A stretch of DNA of 63,784 bases, the filler included, from Octopus bimaculoides (Eukaryota), in NCBI RefSeq assembly GCF_001194135.2. It is 5 parts of 4 records of this genome, joined end to end, with 100 filler letters (N's around TTAATTAATTAA, not from the genome) between each part and the next. Parts side by side here need not be neighbours in the genome. Positions count along the whole stretch, not along the records: positions 1 to 27,406 come from NC_068986.1; positions 27,507 to 37,495 come from NC_068983.1; 3 more parts are not named here. The stretch is one strand, 5' to 3'. The notes beneath the pieces were generated by a model, which was not told where the DNA came from, ran no database searches, and was given only the letters and a program-made list of their open reading frames with translations. Positions 24,612 through 37,595 of this stretch are shown one piece after another (position 1 is the stretch's first letter; every line of letters begins with the position of its first letter). A program made the position numbers and the translations under genes.

Positions 24612-24675
24612 TAATATGAGGGAGATTTGGCTACTATTTCTAGCTAGCAGGTCAAGTGATCATGTAGAGGCTCTG
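24612..24675 (+). repeat. Short unclassified interspersed repeat (GGGAGATTTGGCT(G/A)CTATTTCTAG...AGGT)
   Basis: Related copies at about 4370, 5410, 16050, 24405, 36665, 38535, 39790 and 50500. Confidence 0.6.
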
Positions 24676-26137
24676 TCAGTAGTTTGTTGTGGTAATGGTG
24701 GCAGAGGTGGTGGAGGTGGTGATGGTAGCAAAGGTGGTGGTGGTGGTGAAGGTTGTATTGATTGGTGTGTTGGTTGTGATGGTGGAAGTGATTTTAGTTG
24801 TGTGGTGTGTGTGTATGTGTGTGTGTTTGTGTTTGTGTGTGTGTGTGTATCCATCTATTTGTGGGACAGGGTGTCCAATACCCCTTTCCAGCTGCTGTAA
24901 TCTAAATGGTTATTAGAGCTAGAGTGTAATTTTGAAGGACATTCTTTGCCTATGAGACGAGAGAGGGGGAGAGAGANNNNNNNNNNNNNNNNNNNNNNNN
25001 NNNNNNNNNNNNNNNNNNNNNNNNNNNNNNNNNNNNNNNNNNNNNNNNNNNNNNNNNNNNNNNNNNNNNNNNNNNNNNNNNNNNNNNNNNNNNNNNNNNN
25101 NNNNNNNNNNNNNNNNNNNNNNNNNNNNNNNNNNNNNNNNNNNNNNNNNNNNNNNNNNNNNNNNNNNNNNNNNNNNNNNNNNNNNNNNNNNNNNNNNNNN
25201 NNNNNNNNNNNNNNNNNNNNNNNNNNNNNNNNNNNNNNNNNNNNNNNNNNNNNNNNNNNNNNNNNNNNNNNNNNNNNNNNNNNNNNNNNNNNNNNNNNNN
25301 NNNNNNNNNNNNNNNNNNNNNNNNNNNNNNNNNNNNNNNNNNNNNNNNNNNNNNNNNNNNNNNNNNNNNNNNNNNNNNNNNNNNNNNNNNNNNNNNNNNN
25401 NNNNNNNNNNNNNNNNNNNNNNNNNNNNNNNNNNNNNNNNNNNNNNNNNNNNNNNNNNNNNNNNNNNNNNNNNNNNNNNNNNNNNNNNNNNNNNNNNNNN
25501 NNNNNNNNNNNNNNNNNNNNNNNNNNNNNNNNNNNNNNNNNNNNNNNAAGGGAGGTTTTACGGAATAGAAACAAAGGTTTTCTTTTAATATTTAAAATCT
25601 TGTGATTGAAATTTGCTTGATGGAAACTATGAGGAAGCTCATTTTGAAGGACCATTCCTGTTTCTGTGGAGTAGATGTTGAGGGGGCAAGAGGTGGGGAG
25701 GGTCAACTGAAAGCAATAGAACTCCTCCCCTCCCCATTTCTACTCAAAAAGCTTTTATTTACCATATTTGATGGCCTAAAAGACTTAGGGGTCTACTAGA
25801 TGTACCCCAATTTCAGTTGCACATACCCAAGAAAGACGCGAGCATCAGTGGTTAAACCAGGTTTGGGGCCCAGTTCTACAAACAGAACACAAGATCCTTT
25901 ATCTTCAATATTTTACTTGACTGAGGCCATGCTGGGGCACTGCCATGGAGAAATTTTTAGTTGAATGAATTGACACTAGAAATTTTTACTTTTTTTTTCA
26001 AAGCTTGGTACTTACTTTATCAATCTCCTTTGCCAAACCACTAAGTTATGTGGATGTAAACACACCAACACCAGTTGTCAAGTGGTGACAGGAAACACAA
26101 ATAAAAACACATAGAAATATATATCTGTGTGTGTGTA

Positions 26138-26183
<46 letters not shown>

Positions 26184-26483
26184 TGTGTGTGTATGTATAT
26201 GTATATATATAAGTATATATATGTGTGTATATATATATGTGTGTATGTATGTATATATAAGGGCATCCAGCTGTAGAAACTCTGCCAAATTAGACTGGAG
26301 CCTGGTGTTGCCATCCGGTTTCACCAGTCCTCAGTCAAATCGTCCAACCCATGCTAGCATGGAAAGCGGACGTTAAACGATGATGATGATATATATATAT
26401 GTATATATGTATATATGTGTATATATATGTATATATATATATATGTATATATGTGTATATATAAATGTATGTATGTATATATG

Positions 26484-26518
<35 letters not shown>

Positions 26519-26573
26519 GTATATACATATATATATTTATGTGTATATATATGTGTATATATATGTATATGTA

Positions 26574-26623
<50 letters not shown>

Positions 26624-27019
26624 ACCGAAGACATTTCTATCTGCATAGGACAATGGCTATCTTTGCTTTCCACTGTTCTATGCGAGAAGCTGGTTGTGGT
26701 AGCGTGGGGTGAAGAGGGGAGGGGTAGCAATCTGGCCACCCACACTCTCTTTTGCCTTCTCTTTCATATAACCAATTTGAGAGGTTGCGGTTTCAAATTA
26801 CATTATCAGCAGCTGTGTGATGTCCTTGAGCAAAACACTTAACTCTCTAATGGGTCAGTTAGTTTAGTTTGAAGTAGATTGCGCACATCTACAATAAAAG
26901 ACTGCAGCAGTCAAATTTTGCAGGGATGAATTCAACATACCAGTTGCATACTGGGGTTGCTTAAAACATCCACGTTGCCACTCCATGGTATTTACAGTCT
27001 TGTGCCTAAATCTTAGAAA

Positions 27020-27057
<38 letters not shown>

Positions 27058-27059
<2 letters not shown>

Positions 27060-27253
27060 AGTGGTGAGCTGGCAGAAACGTTAGCACGCCGGGCGAAATG
27101 TTTAGCGGTATTTCGTCTGTCTTTACATTCTGAGTTCAAATTCCTCTGAGGTCGACTTTGCCTTTTATCCTTTCGGGGTCGATAAATTAAGTACCAGTTG
27201 CGTAATGGAGTCGATCCCCCAAAATTTCCGGCCTTGTGACTAGAGTAGAAAAG
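27058..27253 (+). mobile_element. SINE family A, well-preserved copy between trinucleotide repeats
   Basis: GTGAGCTGGCAGAAACGTTAGC ... GAGTTCAAATTCC ... GGCCTTGTGACTAGAGTAGAAAAG. It may match a published octopus OK/OR family; not verified. Confidence 0.85.
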
Positions 27254-27277
27254 ATCATCATCATCATCATCATCATG

Positions 27278-27310
<33 letters not shown>

Positions 27311-27406
27311 GAGAAATCATGATGGCACCTGTGCCCAGCGTCGCCTTTCTGGCACTTGTGCTCGCGGCATGTGTTAGGACTTTCGAGCGAGATCGTTGCC
27401 AGTGCC

Positions 27407-27506
27407 NNNNNNNNNNNNNNNNNNNNNNNNNNNNNNNNNNNNNNNNNNNNTTAATTAATTAANNNNNNNNNNNNNNNNNNNNNNNNNNNNNNNNNNNNNN
27501 NNNNNN
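27407..27506. other. Artificial scaffold-join spacer
   Basis: 44 N + TTAATTAATTAA (stops in all six frames) + 44 N. Confidence 0.95.
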
Positions 27507-27738
27507 ATATAATTGTGTCAAGGACCTATAATCCTTTAAGGGGTGCTAGCATCCTAGTTCTCCGGTTTATACCAGTGTTCAGGGAAAACTAAATATATTG
27601 GTCTTGCATTGATATATATATATATATATATATAGGTATTTAAAATATTTATGAATGAGAAAAGGAAGAAAAGGAAGAAATTGACATGCAGACGTGAGTT
27701 TATTCAAAGATATTCAAATCCATATAATGAAATTCCTG

Positions 27739-27841
27739 TCCTACAGCCGTTTCCATATCCAATTAGTTCAATTATAGAAATTAGATTAATTTAATTTAAA
27801 TTTTCGTATTGAAACTGGTTAATTCCGTATTTCATCAGGGG
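27739..27841 (-). ncRNA. Hammerhead-like motif with long AT-rich helix II
   Basis: Minus strand reads CCC-CTGATGA-78-nt imperfect hairpin-GAAACGGCTGTA-GG. ACGGCTGT is self-complementary with G.U pairs. Confidence 0.5.
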
Positions 27842-28910
27842 AGAATTTTCCCAAAAGGGAGTTACATTTCAATGTGTTGATTGACCGAAAGACTTAGATA
27901 TGTGCGCTTTTGAGATTGTGCGTTGTTTAAAAACCGTTATATTCATATAAATATATATATATATATATACATAAAAACAAATACGTTTATTATATTTGTG
28001 CGCCTGCATATGTAATACATGATGGTTTTTATTGGTGGTGGTGGTGGTGTAGTAGTTGGGCGAAATAGATGTTATAGGGAGGGAGAGAGAGAGGGGGGAA
28101 AGAGAGAGAGATTAAAGCAAGCCAGAGAGGAAAATGGGTAGAGAGAGAGAGTGAGAGAAAGGGTGATAACATTCATCAAGTAGTTGTGCATGCGTTTATT
28201 AAAAATACTGAAGACGACAAAAACATATGACGTAACAAAACTGCTAGTTAATTACCATATAATAGTGTTGCATCATCAATATTTGTGAGTAAATCTACGG
28301 TCGATATAAACTTTGTAAACAAAAGCAAAACCTAAACATTACCAGATACTATTTATAGATAATTTATATTAAAACTAAGTACGCTAAAGTTGTAATAACT
28401 ATTAAGATAATATGTTTTATCTCAAATTTAGTTTTATAAATTATTATAAGTATTTCAACGATATATTTCTGAGAATTGTACTTAATTGAACTTATAGTAA
28501 AATACCAATACATTGCCACGTATAGAAGCCTTAACGTCCATCTACACCACTTAATTAATACATTATATTATATTATATTATATTATATTACATTATATTA
28601 TATTAAACTATATCATATATATACTTTTCATCAATATTACATCTATTCACCATTTTTTAACGCTTATCACAATGATGATTATATATTTAATGGTAGTTTC
28701 TAAGAGTCCATTTATATGCGTGAACACATGAAAAACCACTCTCTATTTTTATATGGATATATACATATATGAAAATAACGGTTTTTATGTTTATATGTAT
28801 ATATATGAAAATAACGGTTTTTAAACAACGCACAAATTCAAAAACTCGCACATCTGAGTTTGTCGTAGGTCAACCAATACGTTCAAATGTTAATTCCTTT
28901 TGGGGAAAAT

Positions 28911-29024
28911 TCTCCCCTAATGATATACCCAATTACTCAGTTTCAATATGAAAATTTAAATTAAATTAAATTAAATTTATTTCTGTATTGAACAAACTGT
29001 ATATAGAAACGGCTGTAGGGCAGA
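28911..29024 (+). ncRNA. Hammerhead-like motif with core mutation (CTAATGA)
   Basis: TCTCCC-CTAATGA ... GAAACGGCTGTA-GGGCAGA. Confidence 0.4.
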
Positions 29025-30458
29025 AATGTATGTATGTATGTATGTATGTATACAAAACAATTAGATATATCAAATGTTCTCTCATCATCGTGCTCTCTGG
29101 CTTTCAAAAAAATGGGCTTAATAGATACAGTCGCTACGTGTTAAATGAACATTGTCATATGATATATAACAAAGAAGTTACTGTCCCTTGCGATTATAAT
29201 TTTTCGGACTTTTGTTTTGTATTTAATGTTAATAGCTTCACTACGCTTACGATCGGATTCTTTTCAGATCATCGTCAAGTGTCTTATTCCTTGATATGTA
29301 TAAAATATTGAACTGAATTTGAATTAGGAACTCTCATTTCTAAACTAAAGGTAGCTTTTATCCATTCAATACCTGTCTCTATCCAATAGCACATGGGGTA
29401 ACGGTTTTAGTTAAAAAATAAAGTTTGCTCGATCGAATCCATTTCACTCTGAACACATATCCATGATGATCGGAGTTCAAACTTATGATAACGCATTTTA
29501 GATATAAATATTAAAGGATTTCAACTCTACACATGAAGTTAATAATACTCTGAAAAATTATGTTATTAACAACTCACTTCAGACATTTAGACATTTAATC
29601 TAACATCATTTATTTGTAATTACAAGAAAGATGGATTGATCCCATGATACAGCATTACATACCCGCGCGCAAATATACATATTCATTGTTTCTGTAACGT
29701 GTTTTAGCCATCATGGCTCAAGCCATGATACAGTACCATCTGCCTTACATATGCATGTGTGAGTTAGTTTGTGTGCGTGCGCGAGTGTGGATATGTTTAT
29801 GTGCATGTCGTGGAGGGGAGGGCAATGCCATTGAATGAATATTACCAGCACTCACTTTTCCGACAGGAACCATTTCACTTCACTTGTGAGGATCTTGCAC
29901 CTGAGCAAGACATCACTGCAACGTCTAGACCCCTATTTCTTGAATCCAATATCTATTAATGGAGTCGATGATTATAGACAAGTACAACATTTAATAGTTC
30001 ACACACACACACACACACACACACACATTTACAGTGGGGCAATGTATTACTGGGTGTGACATATAATTGGTCATCGGTTTTGCACTGACTATTCTACTCG
30101 GCAATATTTTGTGTATCTCTTTATCTCATATACCTTATCATTATTTATTCTTATTGTATCCTACTTCGAACATACGTGCTCTATTTTCAAAGGAAAGCAA
30201 CAACATAATACTATACCCACCAATCTTCACTACGTATGACATATTAAACCTTAAGTATGGAATCTGAATTGCAAAGTATCTTTTATGCCTATTCACTCAT
30301 TAATATTCCCAGTACTTTACCAACAAATACCTTTAATGCATCACTCCCTAACATCTATTATTCTATGAAACTTATGAAGCAAAATCCATTCATATCCAGC
30401 AACAAGTGTCTCTGATGAAGTGCAAAAAATAAAATGAATCTCAAAATCTTGAAGAATA

Positions 30459-30464
30459 TTTATT
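30459..30464 (-). promoter_or_regulatory. Candidate polyadenylation signal (AATAAA) for the fibrinogen-domain gene
   Basis: About 70 nt downstream of the stop codon on the minus strand. Confidence 0.45.
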
Positions 30465-30532
30465 TCATTTTCTTTTTTAATTTATACCAGATTTATGGCT
30501 AAAAAGTTTATGGCTAAAAAGTTTAATGTATA

Positions 30533-31275
30533 TTATTCTCTTCTATCGTCAGCCGGTTTAATCTCCATTCTAACGGCTCTGAGCGAGTTTTTTAAGCCGA
30601 ACAAATTCCTGTAGACAGAATCCCAATAGACGCCGACATTTTTGTTGTCTGAGATAACAGACCCACCTGATATATACTGTCCGTTCAAATTTGAACAGCC
30701 ACAGTCGCTAAACCACCAACCACCAGAAAGTTCCGTCGAACAATTTGACGGGTTATTTTCTCTGTCGTTTGTCGAGAATTTACTTCCATTATTCGATGGT
30801 TCTTTGCAATATTCCGTTGTTGACGTCATGCTGTCCCCGCCCGTACTCGAATTATCGTAACCACCGATGAAAAGCTTGTAGCCGGAACTTTCGTTCCCGA
30901 TTCTAAATTGTCTGTATAGTGAATGAGCTTCTCCTCCTAAAATCCACATACTTTTCATGACAATTCGAATTAACGCAGTTCGATTGTGAGTCAGTCGATG
31001 AATTACTTCGTTACCGATCCAATATTCGCCGTCCACGTTGCCAAACCCGTTTTTATAATCGTTCCACGGCCGGTTAAAGTTTACAGAGCCGTCAGAACGT
31101 TGCATAATAACAGTCCAACCAGAGCCTGCTTGTATAGTACAGAATGCTTTTCTTTCTTTGACACCCGGGATGTTAATCCAGTATATACCGCTCGTGGCAT
31201 AACGGTTGTCACGTGCCACACTGGTGCAATCCAAAAAGCGCTTTTCAGCGTCTTGGTTTTTCTTTTGTTGTTTAA
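30533..31275 (-). CDS. Terminal exon encoding a complete fibrinogen C-terminal-like domain (FReD; angiopoietin/ficolin/tenascin-like family)
   Basis: Hallmark motifs: DC..SGIY, FC...GWTVIMQRSDGSVNFNRPWNDYKNGFG...GEYWIGNE.IH.LT, FST.D..N..NC...GGWWF..C..SNLNG.Y, M.IKP. Acceptor TTTTTTTCCAG at 31276 gives a phase-1 start (KQQKKNQDAEKRFLDC...). Upstream exons not found. Confidence 0.93.
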
Positions 31276-34151
31276 CTGGAAAAAAAAGTAACAGAATGTA
31301 TTCTTTGTAAGAAAATAAAAATCGATTTAATTTTCAAACTTGCTTCAAAATTGTTAAAAAAGAGACTAAATACAATATACACTGAAAATTGGAATCCCAT
31401 ATTTAGAACCAACACATATAGGTCCATTGAAAAAAAAATACTATGAAGAATGCAACACTTTGATGTGTCTTACGACAAAATCTGGTTGGTAGGCATTTAC
31501 ATACATGTAATACCTAAAAATTACTTATTCACATGTCTGTTGTAATTTGTAAGTGGTAAAGTAGCTAGAATTAAGTGGACCCGTGTGTTTTAGATACCAG
31601 TCTTCTGGAGATGAAGAAAATCTACCATCAGTAGATCAACCAGTAACTCGGGTGATAGATTTACTTCTCACCTGTTAAAATGCTATGAATACACGAGCTA
31701 AGTATTTGATCTTCTGATTTACCGTAATTTGAAAACACGTTTCCTTTCTAACTAATCAATCATTCTGTTCCAAACACACACACATACCCGTGAGACCACA
31801 GTCAAAGCTACACATTTCTTTTTCTTTCACATAAATACAGTCTAGACTTTCCTGCTTCGAGGTATCCTAATCATCTCTGACTATATCTTCAGCTGATCAA
31901 CTTCAACAAGCGAATCAGTCCGTAAAAAGAAATTATTAAATGACACAGTTGAGATGAACAACATAGTATCAAGATTCATTAATAGGAAGTGCTTAATCAG
32001 CGACACGAGGCAATGACTATAGTGACATACAAACTCATGAACTACAGATTTGACTTTACTGACAGTAGAGATATATCATTTTTATAGAGATTTATAGTTG
32101 TTGCTTCATGTTACACAAACTGGATCTAATTCCCACCTGTAACATTCTCTGTAGATTCGTTAAAAACATTTCTGTACCCAACACCTAAGTTTTCGCATGC
32201 ATGTATATGGAGAGTGGGGGGGGGGCAAAGCTGTGAAATTCGCGTGTGCGCATGATTATCATGTGTATATATATATGGATTACGCACGTGGATGCAAGTA
32301 TGCGCGTGTGCGCGTTCGCGCGCTACAGTAAAGAATGTTCGCTTCATCATATTTTAAAACAAGTATACAGTCAACTATTACTGGTATTTTATCAGACTTG
32401 AAGAAACAAGAAAATTCGGTCCAGGAATAAATTGAACAAAAAAGGAAATATATAATTAAACCCGATGAGAATTTAGTCCGGTGTTCACGACGCTTCTGAC
32501 ATTACAGTAATTGCGTATATTACATATTGGTTCTAGCTATGACTATCTCGTCTTCTTTTTTGCCATTTCAAACATAGAACTTAGTTTTCTAATACAGTCA
32601 ACTATTTTTAAGGCAGTAAAGCGAAGTTTCGTTGACTGCTATTGTATTTTTTATGGTTTAAGTGAGGGTAGGAAGGGCAGAGCTCAAGATTTAGATAACA
32701 GAGATTCTAACTCTGTTGAGAGGAAGGAAGGAAGGACCTATAATTCATCGTTTGCTACAGTAGGTAGCAGTACATGAAACATCAAGCTATCTTCAGACCC
32801 GAGGCTTGCATCGAATCCATGCAACGGAATGGAACCTGTTAAAAATCCCAAGGAACAGATAGATTAAGTCTACCACCAAAAATCAATTACAACCTATCCG
32901 ACGAGCTTCTTCAGTTTATTTTCACATAATTTCTCTATTATAATTTGGATCAACTCATTCTTTGGTTGAAAGCTGCTGCGTAATTAAATCAAACCGAGAA
33001 CCATGTGATTTCGAAACAAAATTTTTAACACAAACGTATACCTGTGACCAAGTTTTTAGCAGGTGAAGTGACTTCGTAAAAACTTCATTGGCTCATTTCG
33101 CATTGGTCTTTTCACTTAGATACAATATATATTTTCAAAGAGTTGGGGACAATTAAATTAATCAAATATTTTTAATCTGTGGCACGATAAAGTTTCCTTC
33201 CATCTTCCTTAACTTCTTTTTTTCAGTTTTACAATGCTTTTTTTTTTTTACTCATAAGTATATTCATATTTTATTATAATGTAAAAATATGAACATATTT
33301 AAACGTTTTCTTAAACACAAATGTAAATAGGCTATAAATTGTCGGGGTAGTTTCAAAGTTAGACAAAATGCTTTGTGATATTTACTTTGTTACTTTGCGT
33401 TCGAGTTCTAACCCCACCAAAGTCAGTTTTGCCTTTCATCCTCCCGGATCTTGTACATAAAATACCAGTCTGGAACAATGAGCTGGCGAAAACGTTAGAG
33501 TCAGTCGAGATATTCTGTAGTGTTTGTTCTAGGCCCTTGAGTTGTGAGTTTAAATTTCGCCGTGGCCTCGGTCGTTGAATACCTTACACAGAGTCTACTA
33601 TGGCGCAAGCATTTGAGCTAGGTCTCTGGTTTGAGGATAACTTTTTCCCAGCCGTCCTGAAGACCCAGTAAAGAAACATGAGTACCTTCCTGCTCTCCCG
33701 ACTAAGCAACAATAAATTATGTTGGAAATATTGAAACATGATGTTTATAAATTATTCATTCATTAAATTTAACTGTCAATTCAATCATAATAGGATTAGA
33801 ACTATGCACTGAAAGCTAACGAAACACAAGTTGACCATAGTGATACAGCGGTCGGTAGACGGTAGAGCAAGCGTTGGATGATCTGATCATGAATACAGTG
33901 AAGCATGTAATACGAGCTTTTGGGGGCCTTCTGGTGCCGTTATCGAAATGCCTATCAGTGACTTTTGCAATTCAATTATGAATGACTTTATCATGAAGTA
34001 GTTATATTAGTTAAGAAACACTTGATATAATTCAGATTGCTACAACATAGAAAAATTTATGTCAAATTCAGCAAAACGTATTTTTGGTTGAGGTATTCAA
34101 ATTTGATTCCTTATAAAAGCACAATACAGAAAACGCAAACTTCATACTTTG

Positions 34152-35067
34152 CCTGTTATTATTTAGAACCCAAAAATTAAAAGCTATTAATTAAAAGACG
34201 AAACATTACTTGAACCGAAATACGGTGGTGAATTTGGTAGAATATTTAGTGTTAGAAAATGCCATGCAATATTTCATCCGGATATTTATGTTCTATGTTC
34301 ATATCTCGCCAAGGTCAAATTTGCTTTCATCTCACTATGTTCGATTAAATAAATGAGTACCAGTTGAGTACTGGTGTGGAGGGTATCTTCTAACTACCTT
34401 TTACCTATTTAGAAACAATTATTTAGCACGAAACCAGCCCTGATCGAGTAGACGTCTGCATCGTGCCATTCGTGATTTTCCTGTCTTTTATCCAGATATA
34501 GTGTATCCAGGACTACATTGTCCAATGAAACCTTCATTATTTTAAGACAGGAGGGCAACATTCCCCCACCCTTTTACTTTGGGGAACCCTTGAAATACAT
34601 TCCATGTCTCAAGAGACCTCTACATATAAAATATTATTTACCCTTATTAATCCCTTTCTTTCTATTTCCTAAAGTTCATTTCATGAGAGGTACTCTTTTT
34701 TTTCTTTTTTTTAATCAGAAGACTGTATTTGGAAAGTCGAGCTAAATCCATTAGACTCCACACAGAAGGTTTAAGAATGTTCGTCTTAACCAAAACGTTG
34801 TTAACACCAAATTCCCTTACAATTTCCTTTTAAGAGGTCAATTTTCCTTTTTTTTTTACTACCTGCAGATCATAGTATTTTTCAATATACCGTGAAGTGC
34901 ATAAAAATTCACGAATGTAGAATTTCATACAAAAACTATTCCTGTTAGTCAATTCATCACTGTTTCTAGGAGAATCTTTTGCGACCTCTAGTGGAATACA
35001 AGGGTTCAAATAATGTTCCGTCTTTTAATTAATAGCTTTTAATTTTGGGGTGTTAAATAATAACAGG
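34152..35067. repeat. 65-bp inverted repeat pair about 790 bp apart; possible MITE termini
   Basis: 34152-34216 is the reverse complement of 35003-35067 with few mismatches. Confidence 0.7.
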
Positions 35068-36226
35068 TTAAGAAATTCTGCATTAGATGAGTTGGATCGT
35101 CACTTTCCATTGGTTCTCTTCTCTGGATCTATCAGTAGTTAGGAAAGTAAAAAGATGAGGATTAATGGCAACCGAATCAGATTGATAAAAGGGAATTTGC
35201 CTTTCCGACCCTTATCAATATAAAGTCTAAAAGAAACATTGCTATTACAGTGATTTTGTGCTAATTTATGTAATATATAAAAGATAATCGTTTTATTACT
35301 TTATCGTCACTTTTCTTACGCNNNNNNNNNNNNNNNNNNNNNNNNNNNNNNNNNNNNNNNNNNNNNNNNNNNNNNNNNNNNNNNNNNNNNNNNNNNNNNN
35401 NNNNNNNNNNNNNNNNNNNNNNNNNNNNNNNNNNNNNNNNNNNNNNNNNNNNNNNNNNNNNNNNNNNNNNNNNNNNNNNNNNNNNNNNNNNNNNNNNNNN
35501 NNNNNNNNNNNNNNNNNNNNNNNNNNNNNNNNNNNNNNNNNNNNNNNNNNNNNNNNNNNNNNNNNNNNNNNNNNNNNNNNNNNNNNNNNNNNNNNNNNNN
35601 NNNNNNNNNNNNNNNNNNNNNNNNNNNNNNNNNNNNNNNNNNNNNNNNNNNNNNNNNNNNNNNNNNNNNNNNNNNNNNNNNNNNNNNNNNNNNNNNNNNN
35701 NNNNNNNNNNNNNNNNNNNNNNNNNNNNNNNNNNNNNNNNNNNNNNNNNNNNNNNNNNNNNNNNNNNNNNNNNNNNNNNNNNNNNNNNNNNNNNNNNNNN
35801 NNNNNNNNNNNNNNNNNNNNNNNNNNNNNNNNNNNNNNNNNNNNNNNNNNNNNNNNNNNNNNNNNNNNNNNNNNNNNNNNNNNNNNNNNNNNNNNNNNNN
35901 NNNNNNNNNNNNNNNNNNNNNNNNNNNNNNNNNNNNNNNNNNNNNNNNNNNNNNNNNNNNNNNNNNNNNNNNNNNNNNNNNNNNNNNNNNNNNNNNNNNN
36001 NNNNNNNNNNNNNNNNNNNNNNNNNNNNNNNNNNNNNNNNNNNNNNNNNNNNNNNNNNNNNNNNNNNNNNNNNNNNNNNNNNNNNNNNNNNNNNNNNNNA
36101 TAGATAGATAGATAGATAGATATAGATATAGATATATATACCGGAGTAAGCACACAAATGTGCAACAAGGTGGAAAAAAGAGTACTCAAATACCAGAGGT
36201 AGAGTAATATGCTTTATTTAAAATTA

Positions 36227-36320
36227 TAGCAAAAAAACTGTTACTCGGAGTTTCACGTTCCAGTTCATCGGACAGTCCGATGAACGGGAACATGAAACTC
36301 CGAGTAACAGTTTTTTGTTA
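36227..36320. ncRNA. Near-perfect palindrome made of two back-to-back minimal hammerhead motifs (CCGAUGA core variant)
   Basis: Minus: CTGT-CCGATGA-ACTGGAACGT-GAAACTCCGAGTA-ACAG (36238-36275). Plus: CCGATGA-ACGGGAACAT-GAAACTCCGAGTA-ACAG (36277-36310). The arms meet at a single base, 36274. Confidence 0.6.
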
Positions 36321-37458
36321 TATTTCTGCTGCTTTTAAATAAATAGCATGGAAAGCGGACGTTAAACGATGATGATGATGATGATATATATTCGTTTTGT
36401 CGTTTTCCGTATATTATGGAATTTCACAGTTCTTTTCTAATGTAAGATGGCATGGGTCGGTTTAAGAGAAATTTGCCTGTTATTTATATGCCAAGCTACG
36501 TCAGATTTTGTAAATGTGTGTATGAACTACTCGGTGCGGGTGTGATACATCGTGTCTATCAATTAATATATGTGTGAGTGTTTACGCTCATCTAACTTTT
36601 TGTATATGATAGGTTTACATTCTCCAATGTGTCTTTTCCTAATTCAAGACGATATGGTGTGATTTAAGAGAAGTATGTCTGCTATTTTAGTAGGTTGTGC
36701 AACCACTGTGCAAAGGCTTTCTCTAGTTGGCTCCACTTTTTATTTCGTGTGATGGTTGATCAAACAGACGGTAATAGGTATGGGTTTGTACATTACTTCT
36801 GTGAGCTGGTTACATTTCTAATGACTTCTATTTTAAGTCAGTGTGGCGCGTTTTGATAAAAAGGTGGCCTGCTTTTTCTGGTGGGTCAAGCCAACTGCGA
36901 AAAGGTAGAAGCAGCAAATGAACGGGAAGGTAACAGCAATGAATGAGAGTTGTGCTGCCTGAATTATATCTTTTGAGCAAAGATGGTATTCAAAGTGAAC
37001 AATAAAAGCAATATCTTTATTAAACTATATTAAACTAGAATTTTAAAAATTGTAGTACCATTTTAGAGCAATTCAAAGGTTTATATAGAGTGTTGGTTAC
37101 TTATATAAATAAACTTGCATTAGGATCATTACATATCAAACTTCATAAGCTACTAGATTCACTCTCATGATTTACTAAGCAGGGTTTTTTTCTCTCTCTT
37201 CTTTCGTTTTCGTTTTACTTTATTTTTCTATGCATTCAATTAAATCCGTTTTGAGAGTTCCGAAGTGAATGTTTCTTTTGATACGAAAGATATACTGATA
37301 TATTAAATTCTATTTGCATGGTTAAACTCAAAATCTATTTCTTATTATAAAGTCGTATATTTTGTGCTTTATTTGTGTTCTGTTAGACAAAAACTATCAA
37401 ACCTTTCTTTGGAAATTCCACTTCTGCTAATTTCTATAACGGTTCAGTTTCATATATA

Positions 37459-37495
<37 letters not shown>

Positions 37496-37595
37496 NNNNN
37501 NNNNNNNNNNNNNNNNNNNNNNNNNNNNNNNNNNNNNNNTTAATTAATTAANNNNNNNNNNNNNNNNNNNNNNNNNNNNNNNNNNNNNNNNNNNN
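37496..37595. other. Artificial scaffold-join spacer
   Basis: 44 N + TTAATTAATTAA + 44 N. Confidence 0.95.

Larger units (their letters stand above)
27730..29028. mobile_element. Head-to-head inverted repeat (arms about 230 bp) with hammerhead-like motifs
   Basis: 27730-27957 is the reverse complement of 28801-29028 at roughly 75-80 percent identity by eye. Confidence 0.75.

Noticed and set aside
27451-27462. TTAATTAATTAA as a biological motif
   Set aside because: Always centred in exactly 44 N on each side; synthetic.
29236-29283. Hammerhead-like remnants here, at 4232-4280 and at 34760-34806
   Set aside because: Both core segments are mutated, too decayed to call individually.
31276-37495. 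Upstream exons of the fibrinogen-domain gene
   Set aside because: No minus-strand exon with good splice sites and an open phase-1 end was found; they may lie in a gap or on another scaffold.
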